The position numbers and the translations under genes were made by a program. Below the pieces are notes generated by a model. It was not told where the DNA came from, did not search any database, and saw only the letters and a list, made by a program, of their open reading frames with translations. Of a DNA stretch of 64,000 nucleotides, positions 51,856 through 64,000 are shown in pieces; the first letter of the stretch is position 1, and every line of letters begins with the position of its first letter. Source of the DNA: the human T2T-CHM13v2.0 reference genome, Homo sapiens; assembly GCF_009914755.1 (NCBI RefSeq), contig NC_060937.1. One strand, 5' to 3'.

Positions 51856-52280
51856 ATATTAGTTTGCTAGGGCTGCCTTCATAAAATACCCCAGGCTGAG
51901 TGGCTTAAACAACAGAAATTCATTTCCTCAATTCTGGAGGCCAGAAGTCCAAGATCAAGGTGTTGGCAGAGTTGGTTTCCTCTGAGGGGCATAAGGAAAT
52001 GATTTGCTCCAGGCCCCTCCCCATGGCTTGCAGATAGCCACCTCCTCACTGTGTCTTCACATGGTCTATCCTCTGTACATGTACATTCCTGAATGGCTGT
52101 GACTCTAAATTTCCTCTTCTTATAAGGACACAGGTCAGATTGGATTAGGGATATCCTAATGATCTCATTTTAACTCTCCTCTCTTTAAAGGCCCTATCTC
52201 CAAACATAGTCAAGTTCTGACATACTGAGGTTTAGGGCTTTAACACAGGAATTTATGAGGGAACAGTACAGCTTGTAACA
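51856..52280 (-). mobile_element. MLT1A/B (MaLR) solo LTR
   Basis: TATTAGTTTGCTAGGGCTGCC...GGCTTAAACAACAGAAATT...GAAGTCCAAGATCAAGGTG. Confidence 0.85.
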
Positions 52281-55200
52281 GTTAGAAAACATTTTTGTTC
52301 CCTTGACCAGTCAATAAAAGCAACATCCCACATGGTTGTCTTCTATAACTAAATTATTTTATCATAAATATTTCCACCACCAACAATGTAACCTATTAAC
52401 TACATCATATAGGCAGATATTGGTAAAAAAAAAAAAAAGTGTCTTTTCATAACATTCTAATATTCTACTCCTGATTTGAAAGACCAAATAATATATCGTA
52501 CACAAATTATGAGGCCCCAACCTACAACCTCCACGACATAATGATTCCAACCAATATAATGTTAGCTGTGTTGTTGACTCTGCTGCAGGGGATATAAAAT
52601 GCAATTAAACTAATAACTAATACTGATTATTCAAAATATGTATCAAACTCACTAACAAATTGTAACTGGCATTTTTAGAAGGCTATAGCAACAAAGAGGT
52701 TAACGTGTCTTTTGGTTATAGCAGATAAATTTGAAATTTTCAAACACTATAAATTTTCCAGGTGGTTGCCACCTGGAAATTAAGTGTTCTAAGTGCTCAC
52801 AGTAGGTGAATAAAAGATAAACATTTGGTATTTAGTAAGACATTTATCATAAAATGATGGAAACGCATGAGAAACTGGAAACCAGGAGACGTATTTGAGC
52901 AGACAAATATTAGGGTCAAATCAAGGAATTGCTAGCTAAAAACATATAAACAGAGTCTTAGAAGCAGAAAGCATAGTATTAAATGGAAAGGATTTAAAAA
53001 TCAAATATATCAGTGAATGCTCTTAATGGTAAAATATGGAAACAGAGAAATATGGCAAAAATTAAAAATGAGTTAACATTGAATCCACTCTGATAATACA
53101 CTGAATATTGATCTCTTCTAGAAGCTTAAATCTATTCACAGCTGTCCCAGGAATAATCCCTGGTCTAGAGCAGCAGTTCCTAAAGTATAAGAATTCCTGG
53201 AAAACGTATGAATTTATCCTTAAATAAAGAGTAGAATACACAAATTTAGGTGAGGTTCCCAGCAAAAAGCACCAAAGGGAAGGTGACATTTACTTTTAAG
53301 TTTCTTGATGAAGGAGAAAACTAGACAACATTCTTGCCACAGCTGCCACTTCCCATGGATTTAACTTAGGCAAAAGCCACCATGCAGCTCTGCATTGAGA
53401 TGCTGAAGGCTATATAGAGATATGACAAATGAGAGAAAAGATATCCAAAGAAGGGGAGCCAAGCAGGATTTTTTCAAGTAAACAAAATTTGGAAGGAGAG
53501 GTTAAGGGTGTAGGAATCAAAAGTCCCATTTTGTGGCATAATATGATTCTGACACCTTTTTGAGATGCTATGGAAATAGCAAAAGCTGTTGTCTATAGAA
53601 GTGTGGATCTTAGAAGGAAAGTCTGGGATATAAATTTGTAAGTCTTTAACATAATGGTGGTATTATGGGAATTGAAAACATCACCTAAAGAGAAGATCTA
53701 GGGAGAAAAGAAGAGAAGGGTTCACCATTAGGCTAGTGAAAAGCACTTTTAAAAAAGCAATGCATAGACACTGCACAGAGGAAGAGGAGAAAGTAAAGGA
53801 AATTGACCATAGGAGGGAAGAGCCAGCTGGGGAAGAGCTAGATGGGAGTGAGACAGATTGGGTTTCACTAAGACACAGACACTACACCTGAACCAAGAGT
53901 AAGACAAGAGCACAGTTTCTGACACAGTGTAATCACTCAATAAAGGCTTGTTAAGTTAGTGATTGGATGAATGAGTTACAGACTGAACTAGCACGGTATT
54001 TCTAGAATTAAGAGTTGACTAGGAAAGGATGGAAATACATGGTGGAATTATAACTCTAAAAAGGTCAGACCAAGGTGATGTTGTAAACTTACCTTAGTTT
54101 TATTTTAATATACTCACCAACAAAAAAAAGTAAGTTTTGTCATATTTTTTACTCTTTAATAAAATTTAATAATGAAATAGATTATTGGGAAGTAATCAAT
54201 AAAACCTTTATAGATTAATTTTAACTGCTTAGACAAGGAAAAATGTATTGAACCTTAGAAGTCCAAAAAGAGAGAAATATTACAATGGTATACAGAAATA
54301 CAATAATGACTAAAAATATTTCCACTGAAATGCAACAGAAAAGTTGTAAGCCATTATATCTTAGAAAAGAAGCAGTCCTAATGAAGTAGATTTTTGAAAA
54401 TTGTCATACAGGTAAGCTCATTAGTTGCAATGAAAGTTCTCCCTGCTGATCTAGGAGTACTTAATGACCAGGATTTGTTATGCCTCAAAAACAAAGGTAC
54501 TTTTTAATTCATGTGATAGCTCACTGAGGAGGTTTCAAATCTGGAAACTTTTAAATGATGATATATAACACGTGTATAAGAGCATTAAAATACTCCAAAG
54601 CAAACACACTTACCTCATTCAAAATATTACATTTTCTCCTCAAATCTCATTAATAAAGTAATATAATAATAAAAAAGTTATGCTTAACAATCACCTATAC
54701 TATAAAAAGTACTTCAGTGATGGCTTTTCTATGTTAAAGATGAAGTTGGCTGCTCCCTGTGAAACATACTAACGGTGTCTGCTGACCCATACACAGACAC
54801 TAGACTCCACTCTTAACAGATGGAAACTAAAAAGTCCCAAAACCCCAGAACGCCCTGCTGAAACACAAAAACAACAAAAAGAAAAATACCCAGAAGAACC
54901 AAACCAAGTTACAATTCTGCAAGTCCTTATCAAAGGTAAATATTTTTAAAGAACAAATTATAATATCAATAAAGAATTTTAAGTATGAGTCAACATAAAT
55001 ATTTCAAAAACTTCATTTACAGCAAAACCTGCTAAACAATAAATTCTACAATAAAAAATACATCTACTCAACCATGTTTTTCCCCAGGAAAAAAACTCCC
55101 GGTGTATTTCAAGGCACTTTGTACCTACCATGTTTTCATCCACTACTCCGTTATCTATCAAACTGATTAATGTCCATCAAGAATACTCATTTCCAATTTT

Positions 55201-55980
55201 TTTTTATCCCATTTGGTCAAAAAATCCAAAATATCAGAATTCTCTCTTTAGGAGAGTTGATTTCCCTGAGGTAAAAGTTATTTTGAATATCACTGAGTGA
55301 TTTTGAATGTTTACAACCCATTCAGTTCAATGCCCTTTTGCCCTATCTCAGGTGATTTAACACAAGAAAATAATTTCAATTATTTTCCCTTCTTGAATCC
55401 TATTAAAACATCTATAACTATATATATGGGAAGATTCTTCTTATAGCAAGGACATTTTCAGGTTGCAGAGGGGTAAAGTGAGTAATTCAATAATTCATTG
55501 GAACACTAGGATTTATTAGTGAAAATTTAAGTAAAAGGCTTATTTTTTGTCTTACAAATCAAGACAGGCCATATGAAATATTTACTTCAAAGAAACATAC
55601 ATCTCAGAACAAAGTTTCAAAGAACATCTCATCCAATCACATGCTTCTTTGTCAATAAAGTTCTATAATCCTCATTTTATAGAAGAAGAACAATTTAAAG
55701 GGAGCAGGAAAAGATAAAATTAATTTTTTTTAAAGAAGAAATATTCACTCTAATATGGAAAACAATAAAATATCCTTCAAGTTGATGAATTCCAATATTA
55801 AAAAGAAAATAAAGAGGTTATAAAGACAATTTCATATTACTAATGACTAGTAGTCAACAAAAAAAGAATACAGATATTCCAGCATTCCAGATGAGTTGTT
55901 TTCCAAAATGTATTCATAAATTGGTTGTTTGACACCAAGTAAAGTTGAAAGAATCAATGTGAAATATAAATGAAAATTGA

Positions 55981-56290
55981 GGCCGGGCGCGGTGGCTCAT
56001 GCCTGTAATCCCAGCACTTTGGGAGGCTGAGGCAGGCGGATCAGGAGGTCAGGAGATCGAGACTATCCTGGCTAACATGGTGAAACCCCGTCTCTACTAA
56101 AAATATAATAAATTATCCAGGCATGGAGGCGGGTGCCTGTAGTCCCAGCTACTCAGGAGGCTGAGGCAGGAGAATGGCATGAACCTGGGAGGCGGAGCTT
56201 GCAGTGAGCCAAGATCACGCCACTGCACTCCAGCCTGGGCAACAGAGCGAGACTCCATCTCAAAAAAAGGAAAAAAAAGAAAAAGAAAAA
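55981..56290 (+). mobile_element. AluY
   Basis: GGCCGGGCGCGGTGG...; TSD GAAAATTGA at 55972-55980 and 56291-56299. Confidence 0.95.
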
Positions 56291-56795
56291 GAAAATTGAA
56301 TTATTAAGGTAGTCAAAAAATTATATTTAAATCATATTATAACCAAGTATTAATAATAGCTCTATCCGTTCTATGACCCTTTATGACCTGATCTAAGCCC
56401 ACAATTGAGACTAGAATCAGGTTAGAAATTTGGGCATTAGGAAAGAGTGAAATGAAACTCTGGCAGTATGGTGTCTTCTATAACAAAAAAAGAGAGCACC
56501 AACAAGTTGGGCAGAGATAGATTTGGTACTCAGGTAAGTAGGGAGGGACACTGATTGCTGGTTCTGGTATCAGGTATGTAATAGGCTATCAGTGCCTATG
56601 AATGACATTGAATCAAGAGAGCATCACCCTGGCCAAAAAGTGCAGGAGATTTAGCAGTAGAAGGTAGGGCTAGCAGGTATCTACAAGGTTTAAACTGTAA
56701 AACAAAGTATTTTATAATATAAGGCCTCATCATCTAACTAAACAAATTAAACTCATAGCTCCAATCATGACAACTCATAATATCCTACAACTCTC

Positions 56796-56801
56796 TTTAT
56801 T
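56796..56801 (-). terminator. Candidate intronic polyadenylation signal AATAAA
   Basis: AATAAA on the gene strand 1 nt after the read-through stop codon. Confidence 0.5.
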
Positions 56802-56802
56802 T

Positions 56803-57060
<258 letters not shown>

Positions 57061-57379
57061 CTAAATAGAACAGGAGGGAGAAAAAACACAGAGTCATAAG
57101 TATGTTGATATTCTGTCTACTTAAATAATATTAATACTGTATTTTGTAGATAAGGACTAAAAGTTGTAAAATTAGTTGATTTCGTTTTTGAAAAACAAAT
57201 ATTTAAATACTCGAAAAACTACTTTTGACTTGCTGCTTGGTGAAAATCATTATTTGTCGCAAAAAAGGAATAAGTTTAATCGAGCATGCAATGTTTTATA
57301 GAAAAAAATATGGAAAATGCCTAGGAAAACAGAGTAACCTATGAGTCTATTTAATAGTAGTATTTAAACATCCTTGGCA

Positions 57380-58200
57380 TTCATCCATTTATCACTTGGC
57401 ACATATCCATAGAATGCCTACTAGCTACTGTAGTAGTTGGAGACCTAACAACAAATAAAACATAGACTTTCCTCAAGAAGCTGTTTAGTTAAAAAATATA
57501 CGTATTTGCCTTGGTGTGACAAATAGTATAGTAAAAATAATCACAACTTTCATTTAGGAGGACATGACAATGGAACTGAGACTTCAAAGACAGGAAGTTG
57601 TATGGGCTTAGGGAAAAGAAAGAAAAAATACAAAAGTGCATTAACACAGGCTCATGGAGCAGCATTTACAAGGGCTATAGATGAGGAAGGATATGACACC
57701 TCTGAGGCAGCTGAGTGACTCCAGAATTAAAGTGTATCTGTATTAGGGAAGGCATGTAGGGACATGGCAAAGATATAAATCTGAAAAGACCAAAAAATAA
57801 AAGGAAAGATAATGGCATGCAATGGAAGTAGGATTTTGATTTTGAAGCAATATAAGTTTTCCAACTAGATGAGAGATGATCAGATATACATTTTAGAAAG
57901 CTCCCTCCAGTGAGTGTGGCTAAAAAGATTAGGGCAAGAGTACTAAGAGAAGCATGAAGAGTGAGTTAAAAACCCATGGCAATAATCAGGCAGGGAAAGA
58001 GGGCAGTCTGAATGGAGGTTGTGCCTGGGAAATGGGGACAATGAGACCATGTGGGTGTGGAAACCCAGGTGATGCTGTTAACTACCATGTCAGAAATGAT
58101 GAGAAACAGATTTGTGTGAGGTGGCCAAAGAAGAAAATTGTTTTGGACAAGGTAAATTTGAAGCTTTTCAGTAGTACCCAGGTGGAAATGTCTTGAAAGA
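57380..58200 (-). mobile_element. L2 fragment (similar fragments at about 25130-25360, 30715-30960, 53400-53960)
   Basis: CATTCATCCATTT start; GATCAGATATACATTTTAGAAAG motif. Confidence 0.6.
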
Positions 58201-58227
58201 ATATACATTTATCTATCTATGTATAGA

Positions 58228-58456
58228 ACAGTGCTTTCATTATTTTTTTTCATGATTGCCCCCTAAGAAGTTTTCAGGCATTTTTTTCCTAACTGCACCT
58301 ATAAAATTTTAAAATCACAAAGGTGATGCATTTATGTTTATATACTGTATGCATATCTGTGTTTTACACCTAAAAACTGGTTAAACAAGTAAGACATTTT
58401 TGCTCTCCAAGAACCAACTTTTTATCCCTGAAAGATACCTATTGAAAATACATGGT
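58228..58456. mobile_element. hAT-Charlie-like DNA transposon fragment
   Basis: CAGTGCTTTC start, GCCCCCTAAG and ...ATTGAAAATACATG end; family uncertain. Confidence 0.45.
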
Positions 58457-61400
58457 TAAACCTCAGAGGAATAAACTGGGGCACCAACTTGTGACCCCTT
58501 TCCTCCCAAAGCTAATTAGTTGATCAAATTAACATAAACAGGTATGTAGAATGAATGAAAAGAGGTTACGGGCTTGAGACGACCAGGGTGGACCAATCCT
58601 AATCTGAAATGGCCAAGGAGTGCAATCACAGGGAGAGGTAGTTAAGCTAAAACTTCAACAATGATAAAAGTTAGCTTGGGTTTTGTGTAGTGTTGGGATA
58701 GAAAGTATTGGCAAGGAGGAGTGGTATGAACACAGGACTAATAGGTAATCTGGTAGCATTCCCTACCATTAAGTAATCATTTAGAGCAGAGATACAAATA
58801 AAGGGTTAAAAAAAAAATCAGTCTTTTCTACCAGAATTTAATTTACAGCTGGAAATTCAAGGCATACCTAATTGGGCACAGTACTATTTACTTGCTTCCT
58901 TTCCAAGAATTTCCAACTTTAAAATTGGCTCCTAAATAAATTCCCATAAGTAATATTTTAAAAAATCCAACCTCACTAAATATTCTATCACTATCAGAAA
59001 AATACCAAATAACTGTTAAAGTCCAGTAGTGGAAGAATGGGAGATTTCCGTACCATCAGACATATTAACATACTGACTACTTATTGATTCAAAAACTATC
59101 ATAGAGCCGGGAACAGTGAGCTACCCACCTAGACAGCTTTACTTTCACATCATGACACATGTAATAGGTTCAAATGCTATGCTGACCTACACAACATGCA
59201 ACTTATACAGTGGTTCCCAGTACTTTAAAAACAGACTGAATATGAACACTTAGTCCATGATTTGGTACCTTGTTTAAAAGAAATACAGATTTCACAACAT
59301 AGAGCTGAGTGTTTTACAAGAGGATGCCTCAAAAACATGACTCCATTGACTACCTAGACAAATAGTCACTAACATACGTGGATGATTTGGCAATGTTAAA
59401 ACATGTCCTTGACTAATTAATAGTCTTGAGCACATTACTGGACCTTAGCTTTCACACAGGTAAAATAAGAAAATGAAACAACATAGAAACTCTAAATTCA
59501 CTTTTTACTCTAAAAATGTTAAGTATACATTATAGTGGAACTAAGAGTTAGTAGACACAGTACAATTTAATTTTTAAAAACTGGAAGAGTGGAGAAATGT
59601 AGTAATAATCTCATTTCAGAGTTATTTCTGTGTGTTTGGGTCAGTTGGAATCATTCTATGGGCTTCTGTTTTTACATATAGACTCATGAATGTCAAATAC
59701 AATCTTTAAGTTTCGTTACAATCCTATAATTTCATTCATACTATCATCTTAAATAGGTAAGGCCAGATTAAAAGCAGCAAACTTTTACAAACAGTTTTCT
59801 CTTTGCACAGCCACCAAAAGTTAACATGAAAGTTGTATTCTGTTTTGTTAAAAAGCACCCTAGTAGCAAAGATCCTTTATCTCACCCACCCTCATTTACA
59901 GCAATGACTACTTGGGGAACACTGTTCCTACTCTGAATTCTCGGCAACCCATTTTTACTAGTCTACACCCTTGTAGACTGTTTGGAACGTTAAGACAATC
60001 ACCATCTACCTTCACAATTTGTAAAGCCTAGAAAGAGTATTCCAATAGTATCTGTGATATAGCTAAACAGCCAGCAACTGCTAGGATTAACGTATCAAGA
60101 AATCTCAATGACGGAAGAACAACCAACTGGATTGCTCTTGGTCTTTATTTGTAAGCAATGAGAATTCAGAATTTAGAATCATGGAAAACAATGTAGTTTG
60201 TAGCAACTTAGTTTAATAAATGTTAAATACTCAAGTCAAACACAGATTCGAGTTATTCAGAGACCATTATAAAGCTAAACACTGATTTAGGAGGAGGGTG
60301 CTACCATGGGTTGTCTTGTTGAAAACATCAACTGAGTAGCAAGCAGCATAATGGGAACAATCTAGTATTAAAAAGTACACTCACTGAATAGTAAAGGGAA
60401 GCACAATATTCCTATCATTTCAAAATGGGTATTTAACAATTGAAAGACACCACTCAAACTTTGATGTAAATAAATTTGAAACTAAGCCTAATAAATAAGA
60501 GGTTCAGAAAAGAAGCATGTTGTTGATCATGCATGGTGTCTCATTTATAAACTACTATGCAGCTCTAAACTCCAGGGCAGAGATTCTTCATTTATGCTCT
60601 AACATTCTCTAGAAAAATTTCACAATGCTGCCAAGATACTCTTCCTGCCTCAACTACTCTATTCTCTCCCTCCCCTCTCTCTAACCATCTTTTAAAAAGT
60701 CTTCCAAAAGCATCAAAACATAAAATGTATTAGGTCCTTATCCATTTGCTCAATATTTTTTTCATTTCATTAATGAAAATTACCAACTAAAAAGGCACAT
60801 TCTACTCCTACTCATATCATACTCACTCATATCATAATCAGTTTCTGAGCTAGAACAAGTAAAGCTTGGAATACAGTGTTAATTTTGTTGAAGATGAGTA
60901 ACAACTTATGTAAACTTTGTAACGCTAAATCTTGGAAAGAAAATAAAATATTTGCTTTAAAAATATCTTCAGGTTAAAAGTATGCTTTATTTAAACTTTA
61001 ACAGTCAGTGCTTGACAGGATTTCTTTTGTATTACTGTCAAGAGATTTATCTTACTGATGAGTAATCATCACTGTTAAACAGAATTTCCTATTTATGTAT
61101 TGTTTCTTTAAGGTACATTTAACGTGGCATAAATGTCAAATAAACAAAAGATGGATGGAGTTTCTCCAACCACTCTGTTCATTCCAGACAAAATAATGTT
61201 AAAAGTGGATCCTGTAATAAATCATGGCCTAGTTGTCAGTCTGCAGTAAAACTCCCTTGCAGTTACAGTGCAAGGTTTGGGGATATTTTTGAGGTATTCA
61301 GCACAAATCTGGATGACATTTAAAGAATATTCCATTTATTTAGTCACATGGTAATAATTTAAATTTAAACCCTAAAATAAAAACTAAGCATCTTCGTGAT

Positions 61401-62714
61401 CTTCAGAAGTCAAGGAACTGGAATCCCTTCCTGTTTGAAATAATGAAACTTACATCTTAAGAATATTATCACATTAATAACTCTACTCCGCATCATTATG
61501 TTCCTATAATCTAGGTATGTATCAAAGCAGCATTGAATATTTAGATGTTTAGATGCTGTGGACATTAGTGAACACCAGAAACAAGACAAAATTCTGAAAA
61601 ATCTTGTAATGGCACCATTACCATTTTAGAAGAATACAACCTGTGAATAATATTAATGCTGAGGATGACAGTAGCATCCTCAGCATTAATGTTTGGTACT
61701 TACCATGAGACAGACATTAGCCAAATAATATAACACATGTTAAGTGCTTAAAACATTACAACCCCAAACTAGTATTATATCCATTATTTAAAAAGGAAAA
61801 TGGAAATTTAGAGAGATCATATAGCTTACACTGGATCACATGGAGCCAATGATTGGAACACATGTCTGTGTGAATACAAAGCTCTTATCCACTATAAAAT
61901 ATAGTTCCTTTACAGCAATCTTTAGTCTAGCTTATTATTAACAAAATAAACCAAATTCTCAAAAAATGGCAGTAAAACAACAAAAGAGCACTAATGCAAT
62001 GTAAAATACTAGCACCCTTTAACCTGTTAATTCTAGCCTGGAAAGCATCTAAAAACAGACACCACACTCCCTTGAGGTCATTTCTAGTTCTAAGAGCACA
62101 ACATTCTATTGTTTTATCTGTAAAATAAATAAAATGCCATCTGAATCTTATCAATCAAATAGCAACTCTTTATATATTTCTAATGGATTACTGCTGACAA
62201 AATATCATATGATTGAAGAAAAAGGTATCTATAAAGTTTAACCTTCAATGGATTTATACCACTATATTTTAATAGCATCATATCCCATCTCAAATCTTTT
62301 GCAGAATAAAGTGGATTGTGTATGCATAAAATAGCATCCCTAAAAATAAAGGTATCTACGTGAAAATGAATGTATGAAGACATACTAACAAAGACTATAA
62401 CACAATTGCTCAGACAGAAAGCTCAAAAAGTCAATGTGGTAGTACAAATTCACTAATAAAACCAACCACCATTATAGAATGGATTTTGTTTTCTGGTATG
62501 TACGTGTGCTTGTGTGTGTGCCTGGTGTGTGTTTGTGTGTGTATTTGAGATGGGCTCTTGCTTTATTTACATATATATTTATTTATTTATATATATAAAT
62601 ATTTTTAAATATATATTTTAAATAATCATTGTGCTAACAAAATTTTTCAAAACAAAACTGAGTATCACTCCAATACAAATGGCAATGAAAATCTTGAAGT
62701 AAATAAAACAAGAT

Positions 62715-62845
62715 GGTTGAGGCAGGAGAACTGCATGAGCCTGGGAGTTCAAGACTGCAGTGAGCTATATAATCTCTCCACTGCGCTCCGGCATAGATGA
62801 CAGAGTGAGACCTGGCTCTTAAAAAAAACAACAAAACAAAACAAG
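62715..62845 (+). mobile_element. Alu right-arm fragment (AluJ/FRAM)
   Basis: GAGGCAGGAGAA...TGCAGTGAGCTA...GACAGAGTGAGAC plus A-rich tail. Confidence 0.8.
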
Positions 62846-63499
62846 CCTAAGGTGCTTATGCCACTGCCATAACCACAACCATTAATATTAAAATATAACT
62901 TTCTTAATAATTCTAAAGATAGAAACCAATTGATATTATATAAATTAGATACTAAGGCATATAAATACTAAATTACTTATGGCACCCATATATAAAAACA
63001 ATTTATATTAATTACTTAATATTCATTTTAAAATGATAATGAAAATTAAAACATTAAGTGACCAAGAAAGTGCATTAAATAATGTGGACTTCCGTAATTA
63101 TAATATGCTACCATATCCCCACACACTTTCTCTGAATTATATTTTTAACACATTTCTCTTGAATTACAGTGAGTGTAGAAACTTCTATATAGAAAGCATT
63201 TGTGCATTTTAGTAAAAGTTTAGCATACTACATTATCTACTGCGTTGCACTGTTCTGTTCATACTGCCCCCTTTTTCCTGCAAAAGATATAAAACAGCTC
63301 AATGTTCCTTACAAAAAAGGACTATTTTCAGTTCTTTTAGTACTGAGAGATCAGAAAACAGACATTCATAACAGGCAAATGGGAAAAAGTACTAGAATAA
63401 ACAATCTGCAAGGGAACAAATATGATTAGAATACAAATATATTTTTTAAATGCTAAACTCGGATGATCAAAGACATAAAAAAGATACAAGATACTGCTT

Positions 63500-64000
63500 C
63501 AGCAACTATATCAGCACTCTCCACCTAACAAAAACACTCTCACCAAGAACAAGAAGTCATGGCAGGGTCGCAGTGAGACTGGCACTTTCATAGTGCCAGT
63601 CTATGAAAGCCACTGCAGGCATGCGCAAATCAGTAAAACCTCCAGGAAAATGATTTAGTAACATACGTCAAAAATTTTAAAAATATTCTTGTTTGGAGTA
63701 GTTTCAGAAAACTCACTGGAGTCCAACATTGTCCAGCCAAAGCTATGTAACTAAACTGCTATTTTAGAGCACGGATTTCTTAATCTAATAATAAGAATTT
63801 CTCATGGGAACAATTAACAAAAATTGGAGTAAGTGCTTAGAAAGTGAACATGTTTAGATTGTTTATACAAATGGACCAAATACATTAATTTTAAAGGTTT
63901 TTTAACCCTTATTAATAATTAACTTTATATTTTAGACTTTATATTTTAGAGCAATTTTAGCTTTACAGGAAAAACTAACAGAAAACAGAGTTCCTGTATA
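63500..64000. mobile_element. Old L1M fragments (plus-strand piece about 63500-63700; minus-strand L1MB/MC 3' end from about 63935)
   Basis: Degenerate L1 motifs; TTTTAGAGCAATTTTAGCTTTACAGGAAAA resembles the antisense L1MB/MC 3' terminus. Confidence 0.5.

Noticed and set aside
49463-52280. Two MLT1 LTRs as ends of one provirus
   Set aside because: Opposite orientation and no recognisable internal region; independent solo LTRs

Overview
AT-rich, CpG-poor primate (almost certainly human) genomic DNA lying entirely inside the DIAPH3 (mDia2 formin) gene, which runs on the minus strand. Four coding exons (56931-57060, 34845-34969, 28622-28786, 6301-6436; probably exons 22-25) encode the C-terminal FH2 region and the helix leading to the DAD. 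The intron between the 2nd and 3rd exons (28787-34844) is a minor-spliceosome U12-type AT-AC intron. The rest is intron filled with Alu, L1, L2, MIR, LTR and DNA-transposon relics, including two young 5'-inverted (twin-primed) L1PA insertions. Three observations stand out. (1) A candidate U2-type cassette exon (30027-30181) sits inside the U12 intron and could replace both U12-flanking exons in frame. (2) The two L1s form a ~1.5-kb inverted repeat bracketing exactly those two exons. (3) An intronic read-through/poly(A) tail, apparently MIR-derived, follows the first exon. Repeat subfamily calls come from recalled consensus sequences, not a RepeatMasker run, and boundaries of old repeats are approximate.
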